56,336 nucleotides of DNA from Caldilineales bacterium (GTDB taxonomy: Bacteria > Chloroflexota > Anaerolineae > J102). The stretch's first letter is position 1. The number at the start of each line of letters is the position of its first letter. Below the pieces are notes generated by a model. The model searched no databases and had not been told where the DNA came from. It saw only the letters and a list, made by a program, of their open reading frames with translations. The position numbers and the translations under genes were made by a program. The stretch lies in assembly GCA_013360575.1 (NCBI GenBank), contig JABWBG010000012.1:1-56336 (forward strand), read 5' to 3'. Below, piece after piece: positions 1 through 9,158 of this stretch.

Positions 1-1
1 G

Positions 2-1864
2 GGCGGCGGATCACGCGGCCCCGCCCCCGCCGCGCGCCCTGAATCTCAGGCCGTCGCCGTCCAAGAGGCGGAGGCCCCGCCTGCCTCACTCTCCGGCAAA
101 ATCATCATCCCGGAGGTGATTTCGGTGCGCGATCTGGCCGCGGCCATGGGCACCAACCCCATCGAGATCATCCGCACGATGATGAGCTACGGCACCATGG
201 CCAGCATCAACGAGCTGGTCGATTTCGACACCGCGGCCATCGTGGCGTCGGAGTTCAATCTGGAACTGGAGCGGGAAACGGTGGCCGAGCCGGTGGCCGA
301 GCCGGGCGCGGAAGCGCCGAAGACGCTGCGCGAGCGCCTGCTGGAAATGGAGGACGATCCGACCCTGTTGCGTCCCCGCCCACCGGTGGTCACTGTCCTC
401 GGCCATGTCGATCATGGCAAGACCACCCTGTTGGACGCCATTCGCAATACGAACGTGGTGGCGGGTGAGTCCGGCGGCATCACCCAGCATATCGGCGCGT
501 ATCAGGTGGCGATGGAGGGGGGGCGGATCACCTTTTTGGACACCCCCGGCCATGCCGCGTTCACGGCCATGCGCGCTCGCGGGGCCCAGGCCACCGACAT
601 CGCCATCCTGGTGGTGGCCGCTGATGATGGCGTGATGCCGCAGACGCGGGAGGCGATCGCGCATGTGCGGGCCGCGCGGGTGCCGATCGTGGTGGCGCTG
701 AACAAGGTGGATCGGGCCAACGCCAACCCGGATCGGGTGAGGCAGCAGCTTGCGGATCTGGGCTTGCAGCCGGAGATCTGGGGCGGGGACACGCCGGTGG
801 TGGAAGTCTCGGCCAAGCAGCGCCTGAACATCGACGAATTGCTGGCCAATGTGTTGATCACTGCCGAAATGATGCAATTGCAGGCCAATCCCACCGGCCC
901 CGCCGTGGGCACGGTGATCGAAGCCAATCAAGATAAACGCCTGGGCAATGTGGCCACGCTGCTGGTGCAGAAAGGCACCTTGCAGGCCGGCGATGCGATG
1001 GTGCTGGGCAAGACCTGGGGCCGCATTCGGGCGATGTTCGATTATCAGGGCAAGCCGCTGAAGGAAGCGCCGCCGGCCACGCCGGTGCGGGTGACAGGCC
1101 TGCAAGGCGTGCCCGATGCCGGCGACATCTTCCAGGTGGTGGAAAATGACCGCATCGCCCGCCAGATCTCGGCGGAGCGCAGCCAGAAGGAAGTGACGGC
1201 GCAGCCCGCGCCCCGGCTCTCGCTCGATGATCTCTTCGCCCAGATTCAGTCGGGCGCGGTGAAAGAACTGAACCTGATTATCAAAGCGGATGTGCAGGGG
1301 TCGCTGGAGCCGGTTGTCAATTCTCTGCGCGATCTGGACACGAAAGAGGTGAGCGTGCGCATCCTGCATCAGGATGTGGGCGCGGTCACCGAATCGGATG
1401 TGATGTTGGCTACGGCCAGCCATGCCCTGGTGTTGGGATTCAACACCGGCGTGGATCCGATCGCCCGCCGTCAAGCCGAGCAGCAGGGCGTCAGCATCCA
1501 GGTGTACGATGTGATCTACAATCTGGTGGATGATGTGGCCAAAGCTCTGAAGGGCATTCTCGACCCCATTTTCGAGGAGCGTGTGCTGGGCGAAGCCGAA
1601 GTGCGCGCCATCTTCCGGGTGCGGGGACATGCCCGCGTGCTGGGCTGCCAGGTGCGCACCGGCGATATCCGCCGGGACGCTATCGCCCTGGTGCTGCGCA
1701 ATCACAAGGAGATCTTCCGCGGCAAAATCAATAGCCTGAAGCGCTTCCAGGAAGATGTGACAGAAGTGCGCGCCGGGTTCGAGTGCGGCATCGGCATCGA
1801 TGGCTTCAACGACCCCATGGAGGGGGACGTGGTACGCGCCCTGGAACGGGTGCGCGTGCGTTGA
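2..1864 (+). CDS. infB: Translation initiation factor IF-2, 5' end lies upstream of the window
   Basis: Frame is open from base 2 (..[14 protein letters not shown]..). GTPase motifs [17 protein letters not shown] and NKVD are present. The gene is followed by rbfA and truB, as in the conserved infB-rbfA-truB cluster. Confidence 0.95.
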   Translation, partial: GGGSRGPAPAARPESQAVAVQEAEAPPASLSGKIIIPEVISVRDLAAAMGTNPIEIIRTMMSYGTMASINELVDFDTAAIVASEFNLELERETVAEPVAEPGAEAPKTLRERLLEMEDDPTLLRPRPPVVTVLGHVDHGKTTLLDAIRNTNVVAGESGGITQHIGAYQVAMEGGRITFLDTPGHAAFTAMRARGAQATDIAILVVAADDGVMPQTREAIAHVRAARVPIVVALNKVDRANANPDRVRQQLADLGLQPEIWGGDTPVVEVSAKQRLNIDELLANVLITAEMMQLQANPTGPAVGTVIEANQDKRLGNVATLLVQKGTLQAGDAMVLGKTWGRIRAMFDYQGKPLKEAPPATPVRVTGLQGVPDAGDIFQVVENDRIARQISAERSQKEVTAQPAPRLSLDDLFAQIQSGAVKELNLIIKADVQGSLEPVVNSLRDLDTKEVSVRILHQDVGAVTESDVMLATASHALVLGFNTGVDPIARRQAEQQGVSIQVYDVIYNLVDDVAKALKGILDPIFEERVLGEAEVRAIFRVRGHARVLGCQVRTGDIRRDAIALVLRNHKEIFRGKINSLKRFQEDVTEVRAGFECGIGIDGFNDPMEGDVVRALERVRVR

Positions 1865-1901
1865 ACCGTTGGAACGTTCAAACGTTACACTGGAGGTTAG
1901 C

Positions 1902-2276
1902 ATGAGCCGGCATTACCGCAAGGAACGTCTGGACGAGTTGCTGTTTCGCGAATTGACCACCCTGATCGGTTACGAATTGAGCGATCCCCGCCTGGGCGAT
2001 GTGGCGGTGAAGCGGGTGGATGTCAGCAAGGACTTGCAAACCGCCCGGGTCTATATCACCCTGCTCAGCGATGAGGGGGACGAGCAGGCCGCGCTGGCCG
2101 GGCTGGAGAGCGCCAAAGGATTGATCCGAGCCGAGATTGCCACCCGCGTGCAGTTGCGCCGCGTGCCTGACCTTGTCTTTCGCGTAGATCGCAGCTTTTT
2201 GGCCAGCCAACGCATCGACGCCATCCTCGATGCCCTGCCCCCTGTGGCGGCAGGCGATGAAGGATCTGGCCCATGA
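1902..2276 (+). CDS. rbfA: Ribosome-binding factor A
   Basis: ATG at 1902 is preceded by GGAGG (1893-1897). The sequence MSRHYRKERLDELLFRELTTLI..ARVYITLL is typical RbfA. The gene sits directly after infB. Confidence 0.9.
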   Translation: MSRHYRKERLDELLFRELTTLIGYELSDPRLGDVAVKRVDVSKDLQTARVYITLLSDEGDEQAALAGLESAKGLIRAEIATRVQLRRVPDLVFRVDRSFLASQRIDAILDALPPVAAGDEGSGP

Positions 2277-3256
2277 GCTTGCTTTCGGCCATGCCGGCCC
2301 CCTTCTCCCCGCCCGCTGATCTGCTGGATCGCGTGCGCATGTCGCGACGGCCGTTACTGATCGCGCACATCTCGCCAGATGGCGATGCCATTGGCAGCCT
2401 ATTGGCCGCGGGCAGCATCCTGTATCATCTGGGCAAGGATCCGGTGCTGGCTTGCCAGGATACGCCCCCTGCCAGCCTCAGCTTTTTGCCCCGCTACGAT
2501 CGCATCACCAACCAGGTGCACGAGGAAGTGGATCTCGTCATCGCCCTGGACAGCAGCGACCGGGAGCGCCTGGGCAACATCTATGATCAGGGCCGCATCC
2601 GCAGCCTGCCCTTGGTGGTGATCGATCATCACATCACCAACACCCTGTTCGGGGATTGCAACTGGATCGAGCCCAGAGCCTGCGCCACCGCAGAGATGAT
2701 CTTCGATCTGGCGCAGGCGCTGGAAGTCACGATCGATACCCAGATCGCGACCTGCCTCCTCACCGGCATCGTCACCGATACGCGCGGGTTTCGCACCAGC
2801 AGCACCACCCCACGGGTAATGCGCATCGTCTCCGCCCTGATGGAAACGGGAGCGGATCTGCCGACGATTGCAGATCTGGCGCTGGAGGCCCGTTCGACCG
2901 AGTTGATCCAGCTGTGGGGCCGGGCAATTGCCACGATCACGGTGCATCAAGGCGTGATCAGCGCGGATAATACCCTGGAGATGCGCGTGGATCTGGGCCG
3001 GCTGATCCGGGCTGAGGGGCTGGCTTCCTTTTTACTGGGGTCGCGCGATGCCCAGATCGCGGTGGTGTTTACCGAGTTGCCGGATCAGCGCATCGAGTGC
3101 AGCTTCCGCGCCCAACCAGGGCAGGATGTGGCGGCGGTGGCCTATGCTTTTGGCGGGGGGGGCCACGCTTTGGCCGCGGGCTGCACGGTGGATGGCCCAC
3201 TGGAAGCCGCGCGCGAACGGGTGCTGGCGCGGCTATACGAAAGCCTGAGGCGCTGA
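2273..3256 (+). CDS. nrnA: DHH/DHHA1 phosphoesterase (NrnA-like oligoribonuclease/pAp phosphatase)
   Basis: Motifs HISPDGDAIGS, VVIDHHITN and C-terminal GGGGHALAAG. ATGA overlap with the rbfA stop (2273-2276). Confidence 0.8.
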   Translation: MSLLSAMPAPFSPPADLLDRVRMSRRPLLIAHISPDGDAIGSLLAAGSILYHLGKDPVLACQDTPPASLSFLPRYDRITNQVHEEVDLVIALDSSDRERLGNIYDQGRIRSLPLVVIDHHITNTLFGDCNWIEPRACATAEMIFDLAQALEVTIDTQIATCLLTGIVTDTRGFRTSSTTPRVMRIVSALMETGADLPTIADLALEARSTELIQLWGRAIATITVHQGVISADNTLEMRVDLGRLIRAEGLASFLLGSRDAQIAVVFTELPDQRIECSFRAQPGQDVAAVAYAFGGGGHALAAGCTVDGPLEAARERVLARLYESLRR

Positions 3257-3261
3257 AGCGG

Positions 3262-4176
3262 ATGAGCGAGGCAGCGATCTCCCCCTCTGGCGTGCTGAAT
3301 ATCGACAAGCCCGCGGGCCTGACCTCGCATGATGTGGTGGCGCGGGTGCGGCGGCTGAGCGGTGTGCGCCGGGTGGGGCATGCCGGCGCTTTGGACCCCC
3401 TGGCCACCGGCGTGTTGCTGGTGTGCGTGGGCGCGGCCACACGCATCGTCGAATACTTGCAGGCGGGGCGCAAGACCTACGCGGTGCAGGTGCGTCTGGG
3501 CCAGCGCACCGATACCTACGACGCGCAGGGGCAAGTTCTGAGCCAGGCCCCGGTGCCCGCGCTGGATGCAGCGGCGCTGGAACAGGCGCTGGCGCCCTTC
3601 CGTGGGCCGGGCTGGCAGATCCCGCCTATGGTGTCGGCATTGAAGCACAAAGGCCGCGCACTCTACGAATACGCCCGGCAAGGCGAAGAGATCGCCCGCA
3701 CGCCGCGGGCGATGACGGTGCATCATCTGGAAATCACGCAGTGGCAGCCGCCCGATCTCGACCTGCTGGTGGTCTGTTCGCCTGGCTTCTACGTGCGATC
3801 GTTGGCGCATGACCTGGGCGAGGCGCTGGGCTGTGGCGGGCATGTGCGGCAATTGCGCCGCCTGGCTTCCGGCGCCTGGCGGGTGGAGGATGCCATCCCC
3901 CTGGCCGAGTTGGAGCAGGCCGGGCCGGCGTGGAGTGACCGCCTGCACAGCCTCAAGGCGGCGCTGTCCATGCTGCCCCCGCTCGTCCTAGACGATGAAT
4001 TGGCGCAGCGTTTCGTGCAGGGCCAGCGGCTGCCTCTGCCTGCCGGCGCGGTTGCGGGCGATGTGCGCGTGTTCGGCGTGGATGAGCAGCTGCTGGGCAT
4101 CGGCCGGGCCGAGCCGGAGCAGGGCCGCCTGTCGCCGCACAAGATTTTTCAACCCCCGGCAATGATTAATCATTAA
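3262..4176 (+). CDS. truB: tRNA pseudouridine(55) synthase
   Basis: Internal ATG at 3262. Motifs GVLNIDKPAGLTSHDVV and GHAGALDPLATGVLLV (catalytic Asp motif). Conserved position after rbfA/nrnA. Confidence 0.92.
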   Translation: MSEAAISPSGVLNIDKPAGLTSHDVVARVRRLSGVRRVGHAGALDPLATGVLLVCVGAATRIVEYLQAGRKTYAVQVRLGQRTDTYDAQGQVLSQAPVPALDAAALEQALAPFRGPGWQIPPMVSALKHKGRALYEYARQGEEIARTPRAMTVHHLEITQWQPPDLDLLVVCSPGFYVRSLAHDLGEALGCGGHVRQLRRLASGAWRVEDAIPLAELEQAGPAWSDRLHSLKAALSMLPPLVLDDELAQRFVQGQRLPLPAGAVAGDVRVFGVDEQLLGIGRAEPEQGRLSPHKIFQPPAMINH

Positions 4177-4250
4177 TAATTAATGATTCATGATTAATGA
4201 TTAAAAACCGCGCTCGTACGTGGCGCTTTAATCCTCAATCATGAATCATT
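4161..4250. repeat. AT-rich AATGATT-type simple-repeat hairpin overlapping the truB stop
   Basis: aatgattaatcattaataattaatgattcatgattaatgattaaa (4161-4205) is an imperfect inverted repeat of tttaatcctcaatcatgaatcatt (4227-4250), around a GC-rich loop. The same AATGATTAAT motif recurs at 38402-38430. Confidence 0.75.
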
Positions 4251-4315
4251 TGTCAAGGGCAGACTGCGGTAAAATCAACCATGCCCAACCGTCTATCATC
4301 TGAACGGATCACGCC

Positions 4316-5665
4316 ATGCAGGTCTACGAATCCCTTTCCAGCGCCTCTCTGACCGGGCCGACCGCGCTCACCATCGGGAATTTCGATGGCGTCCATCGCG
4401 GGCACGGCGCGCTCATCCGAGCCATGGCAGAGGCCGCGGCGGCAGAGGGCGCGGCCTCTGGTTTGCTGACCTTTCACCCCCACCCCCGGGCAGTGTTGCA
4501 GCCTACAGCTACGGTTTCCTCCCTCACTTCGCTACACGAAAGACTCGATCTGCTCTCGCGCACCGGCCTCGATTTCACCGTCGTCCACCCCTTCACCCGT
4601 GACACCGCACAGACAGAAGCCGCAGCCTTCCTGCACGCCCTGCGCGGGCACCTGGGCCTGACAAGCCTGTGGGTAGGGCCAGATTTTGCCCTGGGCAAAG
4701 GGCGGCAGGGGGATGTGCCCTTTCTGCGCCAGCTGGGTGCAGAGATGGGGATCAGGATCGAGGTCGTCCCCGAATTTCAATGGGAGGGGCAACCGGTGCG
4801 CTCCAGCCACATCCGCCAATGGATCGAATTGGGCAACGTGGCCGCGGCCAATGTGGCCCTGGGCCGGCGGTACGCCATCCCGGGCGTGGTGGTGCACGGC
4901 GCGGAGCGAGGCCGCACCATCGGCTTCCCCACCGCCAACCTCTCTCTGGCCGGCGAACAGGTGATCCCGGCCCATGGCGTCTACGCCACCTGGGCGCACG
5001 TGGGCGGGGAGCGGCTGCCCGCAGTCACCAATATCGGCGTGCGGCCCACGGTCAACGGCTCCCACCGCACGGTCGAGGCGCACATCATCGACTTCGATCA
5101 GGACATTTACGGGCGCTGCCTGCGGTTGGAGTTCGTCGACCGGCTGCGCGATGAGATGAAATTCCCCTCGCTGGCCGCGCTCACCGCTCAGATCGCGCGC
5201 GATCGTGATCAGGCCGCACACCTGCTGGCGGCGGAGCCGGCCCTGCCCACCGCTCCCCGCTTCCAGGAATTGGCCTACACCGCGGACTGGGGCGTGGCGG
5301 TCTATGGCGATAGCCAGGCGGCGTTGTACGCCCACGCCGCCCTGGCCATGTTCACCCTGCAAGGCGCGGCTGACGTGGACGGCCCCACCGTGCGCCAGCA
5401 GTTTGCCATCGCAGCCGAGGATCGCGAATCCTTGTTGGTGTGCTGGTTGAATGAGTTGCTGTGGCAGGCGGAAACGCAGGGCGTGTTCTTCCAACAGTTT
5501 TGGGTGGAGGCGATCGACGACGTCAGCCTGCGGGCGCAGGCAGTGGGACGCCGCGGCCGCAGCGAACAGGCGCACATCAAGGCCGTCACCTATCACGATC
5601 TGGAAGTCCTCGCCCCCACCCAGCCGGGAGAAAGCTGGAAAGCGCGGGTGCTTTTCGATACGTGA
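4316..5665 (+). CDS. ribF: Bifunctional riboflavin kinase/FAD synthetase fused to a C-terminal archease-like domain
   Basis: FAD synthetase N-terminus: TIGNFDGVHRGHGALI. Riboflavin kinase part: GRTIGFPTANL and VEAHIIDFDQDIYG. From about nt 5261 the sequence is archease-like: FQELAYTADWGVAVYGDSQAALYAHAALAMFTL .. LLVCWLNELL .. IKAVTYHDLEV .. ARVLFDT. Confidence 0.85.
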   Translation: MQVYESLSSASLTGPTALTIGNFDGVHRGHGALIRAMAEAAAAEGAASGLLTFHPHPRAVLQPTATVSSLTSLHERLDLLSRTGLDFTVVHPFTRDTAQTEAAAFLHALRGHLGLTSLWVGPDFALGKGRQGDVPFLRQLGAEMGIRIEVVPEFQWEGQPVRSSHIRQWIELGNVAAANVALGRRYAIPGVVVHGAERGRTIGFPTANLSLAGEQVIPAHGVYATWAHVGGERLPAVTNIGVRPTVNGSHRTVEAHIIDFDQDIYGRCLRLEFVDRLRDEMKFPSLAALTAQIARDRDQAAHLLAAEPALPTAPRFQELAYTADWGVAVYGDSQAALYAHAALAMFTLQGAADVDGPTVRQQFAIAAEDRESLLVCWLNELLWQAETQGVFFQQFWVEAIDDVSLRAQAVGRRGRSEQAHIKAVTYHDLEVLAPTQPGESWKARVLFDT

Positions 5666-5675
5666 TCGGAAAGGA

Positions 5676-5699
5676 AACCCGTTAAAACGGGTTGTTTAT
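5676..5699 (+). terminator. Candidate intrinsic terminator after ribF
   Basis: Stem aacccg / cgggtt with loop ttaaaa, followed by gtttat (weak U tail). Confidence 0.45.
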
Positions 5700-5719
5700 G
5701 ACGTTATCATGCCAATAAT

Positions 5720-5737
5720 AACCTGCTTTAGCAGGTT
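5720..5737. terminator. Hairpin between convergent ribF and thyX (possible thyX terminator)
   Basis: aacctgc-ttta-gcaggtt perfect 7-bp stem. On the minus strand it is followed by tattattgg. Confidence 0.4.
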
Positions 5738-5777
5738 TCTGGTGCCAGACCGTGAATTCATTCACTGCTCCATCGTC

Positions 5778-6299
5778 TCATCCTGGCGGCGGCTCCGCCA
5801 TGTACGCCTCCCAGATGTCGGTGAACACGCCGGGGGCCAGGGGGTAGATCTGGCGCAGCATCTCCATCGCCACCTCCCGCACCTCCCACTGCGCGGCTTT
5901 GTCGATGCGCAGCCAGAAAAAATGCCGCAGGGCCGCATAATCCATCGACATCACCAGCCGGGTCTCGGCCGCGTTCGGCAACAGAAACCGGGCGTCCTCC
6001 TTGCGAATACCCAGCCCGCGCAGGCGCTCGTAGGCCTCCTGCACCTCGGTCCAGGCCTGATCGAGCACCGCCTGGGCCGCGGGCTGCGCGGCCAGCGCCG
6101 GCGGAGACACCGGCTCCCAGCCTCCCTTATCCAGGCTGACATAGCGCTGCGATTCCTGGCTGAAGGAAGCCAGACGATGCCGCACGATCTGATGGCTGCA
6201 CGTGCGGGAGATGCCTTCGAGCAGAAAGGTGGCGCCGCCGTGCTTCTCCGGCTGCGGCACATGGGCGATGGGCACATAGCCCAGCAGCGTGACTTTCAT
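5778..6299 (-). CDS. thyX: Flavin-dependent thymidylate synthase, short form carrying the catalytic core
   Basis: ATG at 6299. ThyX signature FLLEGISRTCSHQIVRHRLASFSQESQRY, plus C-terminal LRHFFWLRIDKAAQWEVRE. Only 173 aa; it lacks the usual N-terminal GHxxxxEH region. Confidence 0.85.
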   Translation of the reverse strand: MKVTLLGYVPIAHVPQPEKHGGATFLLEGISRTCSHQIVRHRLASFSQESQRYVSLDKGGWEPVSPPALAAQPAAQAVLDQAWTEVQEAYERLRGLGIRKEDARFLLPNAAETRLVMSMDYAALRHFFWLRIDKAAQWEVREVAMEMLRQIYPLAPGVFTDIWEAYMAEPPPG

Positions 6300-6751
6300 G
6301 CGCTCACCTCCCCTGCCGCCGGCGGCAGATCGGCGTAGACCGCGGGAATGGCCTGATAGGCCAGCCGCACCATCGCCGCAGCCAGATCGCTGCCCGAACG
6401 CGTCCAGAAATCGCGCACATTGCGGGCGTTGAGGCTGAGGATCCAATCGCCCCCGCCCAGATCGGTGTAGGCCACCGTGGGCAGGTTCACCAAGGCCAGC
6501 AGCGTGTGATCCAGCGGCTGATCCTCGAGCTTGAACACAAACCGGGTGTGCTCGACGATGTCCTCATGCCCTTCGCGCACGCGGGCCATGATGAAACCGG
6601 GATTGTGGCCCATTTTGGCGTCGGAGCGGTAGCACACCCGCCCGGCAAATTCGATCAGATTCTCTTGAAAGGTGCCCTGCCCCTGCCGCAGGGGGTGATC
6701 TGCGGGGATGCCGGGATGGGGCTGTGTGTACGCCAACAATGTCAATTGCAC
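6296..6751 (-). CDS. ThyX-like paralog lacking the RHR..S..RY motif
   Basis: GTG at 6751 is preceded by AGGAG. Contains LIEFAGRVCYRS, REGHEDIVEHTRFVFKLE and WILSLNARNVRDFW (ThyX-like N-terminal and C-terminal elements) but no RHR motif. Its stop overlaps the thyX ATG (ATGA at 6296-6299). Confidence 0.7.
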   Translation of the reverse strand: MQLTLLAYTQPHPGIPADHPLRQGQGTFQENLIEFAGRVCYRSDAKMGHNPGFIMARVREGHEDIVEHTRFVFKLEDQPLDHTLLALVNLPTVAYTDLGGGDWILSLNARNVRDFWTRSGSDLAAAMVRLAYQAIPAVYADLPPAAGEVSA

Positions 6752-6784
6752 TGAAGTCTCCTACGTGGGTGAAAGTAGATGAAA

Positions 6785-7795
6785 TTACCCCCCCGACTCG
6801 CCGCTGAAACGGAGGATTTCGGCGCGCAGCGCGCTGCGTTCATCCAGGGCGGCGCGCAGGGGCAGGGCCAATTGCTGCTGCCAGTTGGCGCTCGTCTCCG
6901 CCACTGTGGCCAGATGCGCCTCCACCGGGTCGAGCAGGCCGGTGACAACCTGATCGATCAGCCGCACGAACAGCCCGGTTTCCGGGTCGGTGGTAAACCA
7001 GCGGGTGCGCAGGGGCTGCAAAAGCCGCTCATTCACCCCTTCCACCAATTCTGGGACGGAGGCGAGCACCTCGGCCATGCCGGCAATGCCCCGGCGGATC
7101 GGCTCGCCCACGCCAAAGGGCAGCAGGCCCAGCAGGCGATCGGCAAACGCGGCGATGGCCGCGACCAGGGGGCGAGCCGGCTGCAACACCTGCGCCAGCG
7201 CGTCCTCCAGGCGCTGCAGCGCCCCTGCCAGCGCCGTCACTCGCGCCTCCACCCAGAGGATGCCCTCCTGAATGGCTGCAAAAGGGATCTCCAGATCGAG
7301 CAGCGCGGCCTCGGCCCGCTCGGCGCCGGCTTGCAGGGCAGTCGCCCCCCGCTCGACCAGGCGCAGGCTGCGATCCGCGGCCACCAGAGCGGCGGCGGCA
7401 AGATCGTCCAGGCCAGCGTTTTCCAGTTGTTCGTACAAGACCAGCAACCCGCGCAGTTTCAAGATCTCGGCGCCGAAGGCCAATTCCGCCGCGGTGCGTT
7501 GGCGCATGCCCCCCCATTCCCAGGCGGCGTAGCCCACACCGGCAGTGGTGGCCAGCCCCAGCGCGCCCACGCCCAGCGAGGTGCGCAGAAACTGCCGCCG
7601 CGTCACCATCCCTTCCCCGTGCGCGGGCGATGGAGGGGGCGGCGACGCGGCATCGCTGCCGGCCAGCGCGGGCGGACGGGTGCGCAGCTCCAGGGCTGCC
7701 AGTTCTGCGTCATCGAGCAACCGCAACCGCGCTGTCAGCCGTCCGATCAGCGCCTCGCGGCCAAGGTCTTGCAACTGTGTGGCTGATTCTGTCAT
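6785..7795 (-). CDS. Hypothetical helical protein with a twin-arginine (Tat)-like motif / TM segment
   Basis: ATG at 7795 follows GGAGGAAGCG. TRRQFLRTSLGVGALGLATTAG lies about 60 aa from that start. An alternative start at 7612 (MVTRRQFL) would make the motif an N-terminal Tat signal. The rest is Ala/Leu-rich and helical, and I recognise no family. Confidence 0.55.
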   Translation of the reverse strand: MTESATQLQDLGREALIGRLTARLRLLDDAELAALELRTRPPALAGSDAASPPPPSPAHGEGMVTRRQFLRTSLGVGALGLATTAGVGYAAWEWGGMRQRTAAELAFGAEILKLRGLLVLYEQLENAGLDDLAAAALVAADRSLRLVERGATALQAGAERAEAALLDLEIPFAAIQEGILWVEARVTALAGALQRLEDALAQVLQPARPLVAAIAAFADRLLGLLPFGVGEPIRRGIAGMAEVLASVPELVEGVNERLLQPLRTRWFTTDPETGLFVRLIDQVVTGLLDPVEAHLATVAETSANWQQQLALPLRAALDERSALRAEILRFSGESGG

Positions 7796-8015
7796 CGCTT
7801 CCTCCTGCGCCCGACAAGCGACTCGGTCGAGGCGGGCATAGTGTACACTCCCCCGCCCCACCCCGCCAAAGCCGCGACATTGCGATCATCCTTGCCCTGC
7901 CGCTTTTTGACACAGCCGCGGCCCCTTGTCTACAATACCGCTGCCAATTTCCGCGACGATCCTTGCCGGCGCTGCCGCGCTGGCGAGGATGATCTCAGCC
8001 GCAGAGGACTCCTTC

Positions 8016-8210
8016 ATGTACAAACGCTATTTCATCATCCTAGCAGCCATTTTGCTGGCCATTGCCCTCGACGCCTTCATCTTCATGGGCATCTTGGGCG
8101 TGCCCTACAGCCGGGTGCCCAGTTCCTATCATTTTCTGAACATTGTGTTGCTCTCCGCGGCGCTGACGATCTTTGGAGACATGATCTTCAAAGGCGATGT
8201 CCTGCGCTAA
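8016..8210 (+). CDS. Small hydrophobic membrane protein (64 aa), function unknown
   Basis: ATG at 8016 after AGAGGA. Two predicted TM helices (MYKRYFIILAAILLAIALDAFIFMGILG ..). Ends 3 nt before ctaB. Confidence 0.4.
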   Translation: MYKRYFIILAAILLAIALDAFIFMGILGVPYSRVPSSYHFLNIVLLSAALTIFGDMIFKGDVLR

Positions 8211-8213
8211 CCC

Positions 8214-9158
8214 ATGACCCCCTCCCCTCCGGTGGCGCAAATCGGGCCTGAGAGCCGGCCCGGGTTGGAAAACAGACGCGAGATCGGGCAGAAGCCAGGG
8301 CTGTTGGCGATTTACCTGGCGCTGATGAAGCCGAAGATCGTCCTGCTGTTGTTGATCACAACAGCGGGGGCGATGTTCGTGGCTGCCGGCGACGCGCCGG
8401 ACGCGGCCCTGTTTGGCTGGACGATGTTGGCTGGCGCGCTCTCCGCAGGCGGGGCCAACGCCATCAACCATTATCTGGATCGGGATATCGATGTGCACAT
8501 GGGCCGCACCAGCCGTCGGCCCCTCCCCGCAGGCTGGGCGCGGCCGCGGGCGGCGCTGTTGTGGGGGATCCTGTTATCGGTCGTCGCCTTTCTGCTCTTT
8601 GCCACGCAGGTCAATCTGCTGGCAGCGCTGCTTTCGCTGAGCGGGGGCCTGTATTACATCTTCATTTACACCCTGTGGCTGAAGCGACGCACCCACCACA
8701 ACATCACCATTGGCGGCGTGGCCGGAGCCATTCCCCCCCTGGTGGGCTGGGCCGCGATCACTGGGGGGCTGGATATCACCGCCTGGGGACTGTTTGCCAT
8801 CGTCTTTTTCTGGACGCCGCCGCACACCTGGGCGCTGACCCTGGTGGTGACGCAGCAATATGCGCGCGTCGATGTGCCCATGTTGCCGGTGGTGGTGGGT
8901 GAAGCGGAGACGCGGCGGCTGATTGTGCTCTATGCCTGGGCCTTCGTGGCCGTGACGGTGCTGCTGGCGGCCCTGCCCCTGTTTGGCGGTATCTATCTGG
9001 CCACAGCCCTGGTCGCCGGCGCCATTTTCATGCGCGGGGCCTATCGCCTGCGGCGCCAGGGGAGCCGGCCTGTGGCGCTGAGCCTATACAAATATTCGCT
9101 GTTGCACCTGGCCCTGCTCTTCGCGGCCATGGCTGCGGATGCAGCAAGAGGGGCATAA
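8214..9158 (+). CDS. ctaB: Protoheme IX farnesyltransferase (heme O synthase)
   Basis: UbiA-family motifs GGANAINHYLDRDIDVHMGRTSRRPLPAG. Multiple TM segments. Confidence 0.9.
   Translation: MTPSPPVAQIGPESRPGLENRREIGQKPGLLAIYLALMKPKIVLLLLITTAGAMFVAAGDAPDAALFGWTMLAGALSAGGANAINHYLDRDIDVHMGRTSRRPLPAGWARPRAALLWGILLSVVAFLLFATQVNLLAALLSLSGGLYYIFIYTLWLKRRTHHNITIGGVAGAIPPLVGWAAITGGLDITAWGLFAIVFFWTPPHTWALTLVVTQQYARVDVPMLPVVVGEAETRRLIVLYAWAFVAVTVLLAALPLFGGIYLATALVAGAIFMRGAYRLRRQGSRPVALSLYKYSLLHLALLFAAMAADAARGA

Noticed and set aside
86-1903. Very long antisense ORFs throughout the window (for example 86-1903 opposite infB, 14184-16385 opposite the giant gene, 25747-27279, 38599-41487 opposite uvrA, 41862-43331, 49120-50841, 33762-34790, 35397-36437).
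   Set aside because: They are typical stop-codon-poor shadow frames of GC-rich DNA. Their translations are Arg/Gly/Ala/Pro/His-rich low-complexity strings without recognisable motifs. In each case the opposite strand encodes a protein with clear family signatures.
4250-4275. Promoter for ribF (TTGTCA .. TAAAAT).
   Set aside because: The spacer is only about 14 nt, too short for a sigma70-type promoter, so it is not reported as a feature.
5778-6751. The thyX pair as a single frameshifted pseudogene.
   Set aside because: The combined length (about 325 aa) exceeds a normal ThyX. Both ORFs start with their own N-terminal beta-strand, the upstream one has its own AGGAG-GTG start, and the junction is a clean ATGA coupling overlap. 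A sequencing error cannot be formally excluded.
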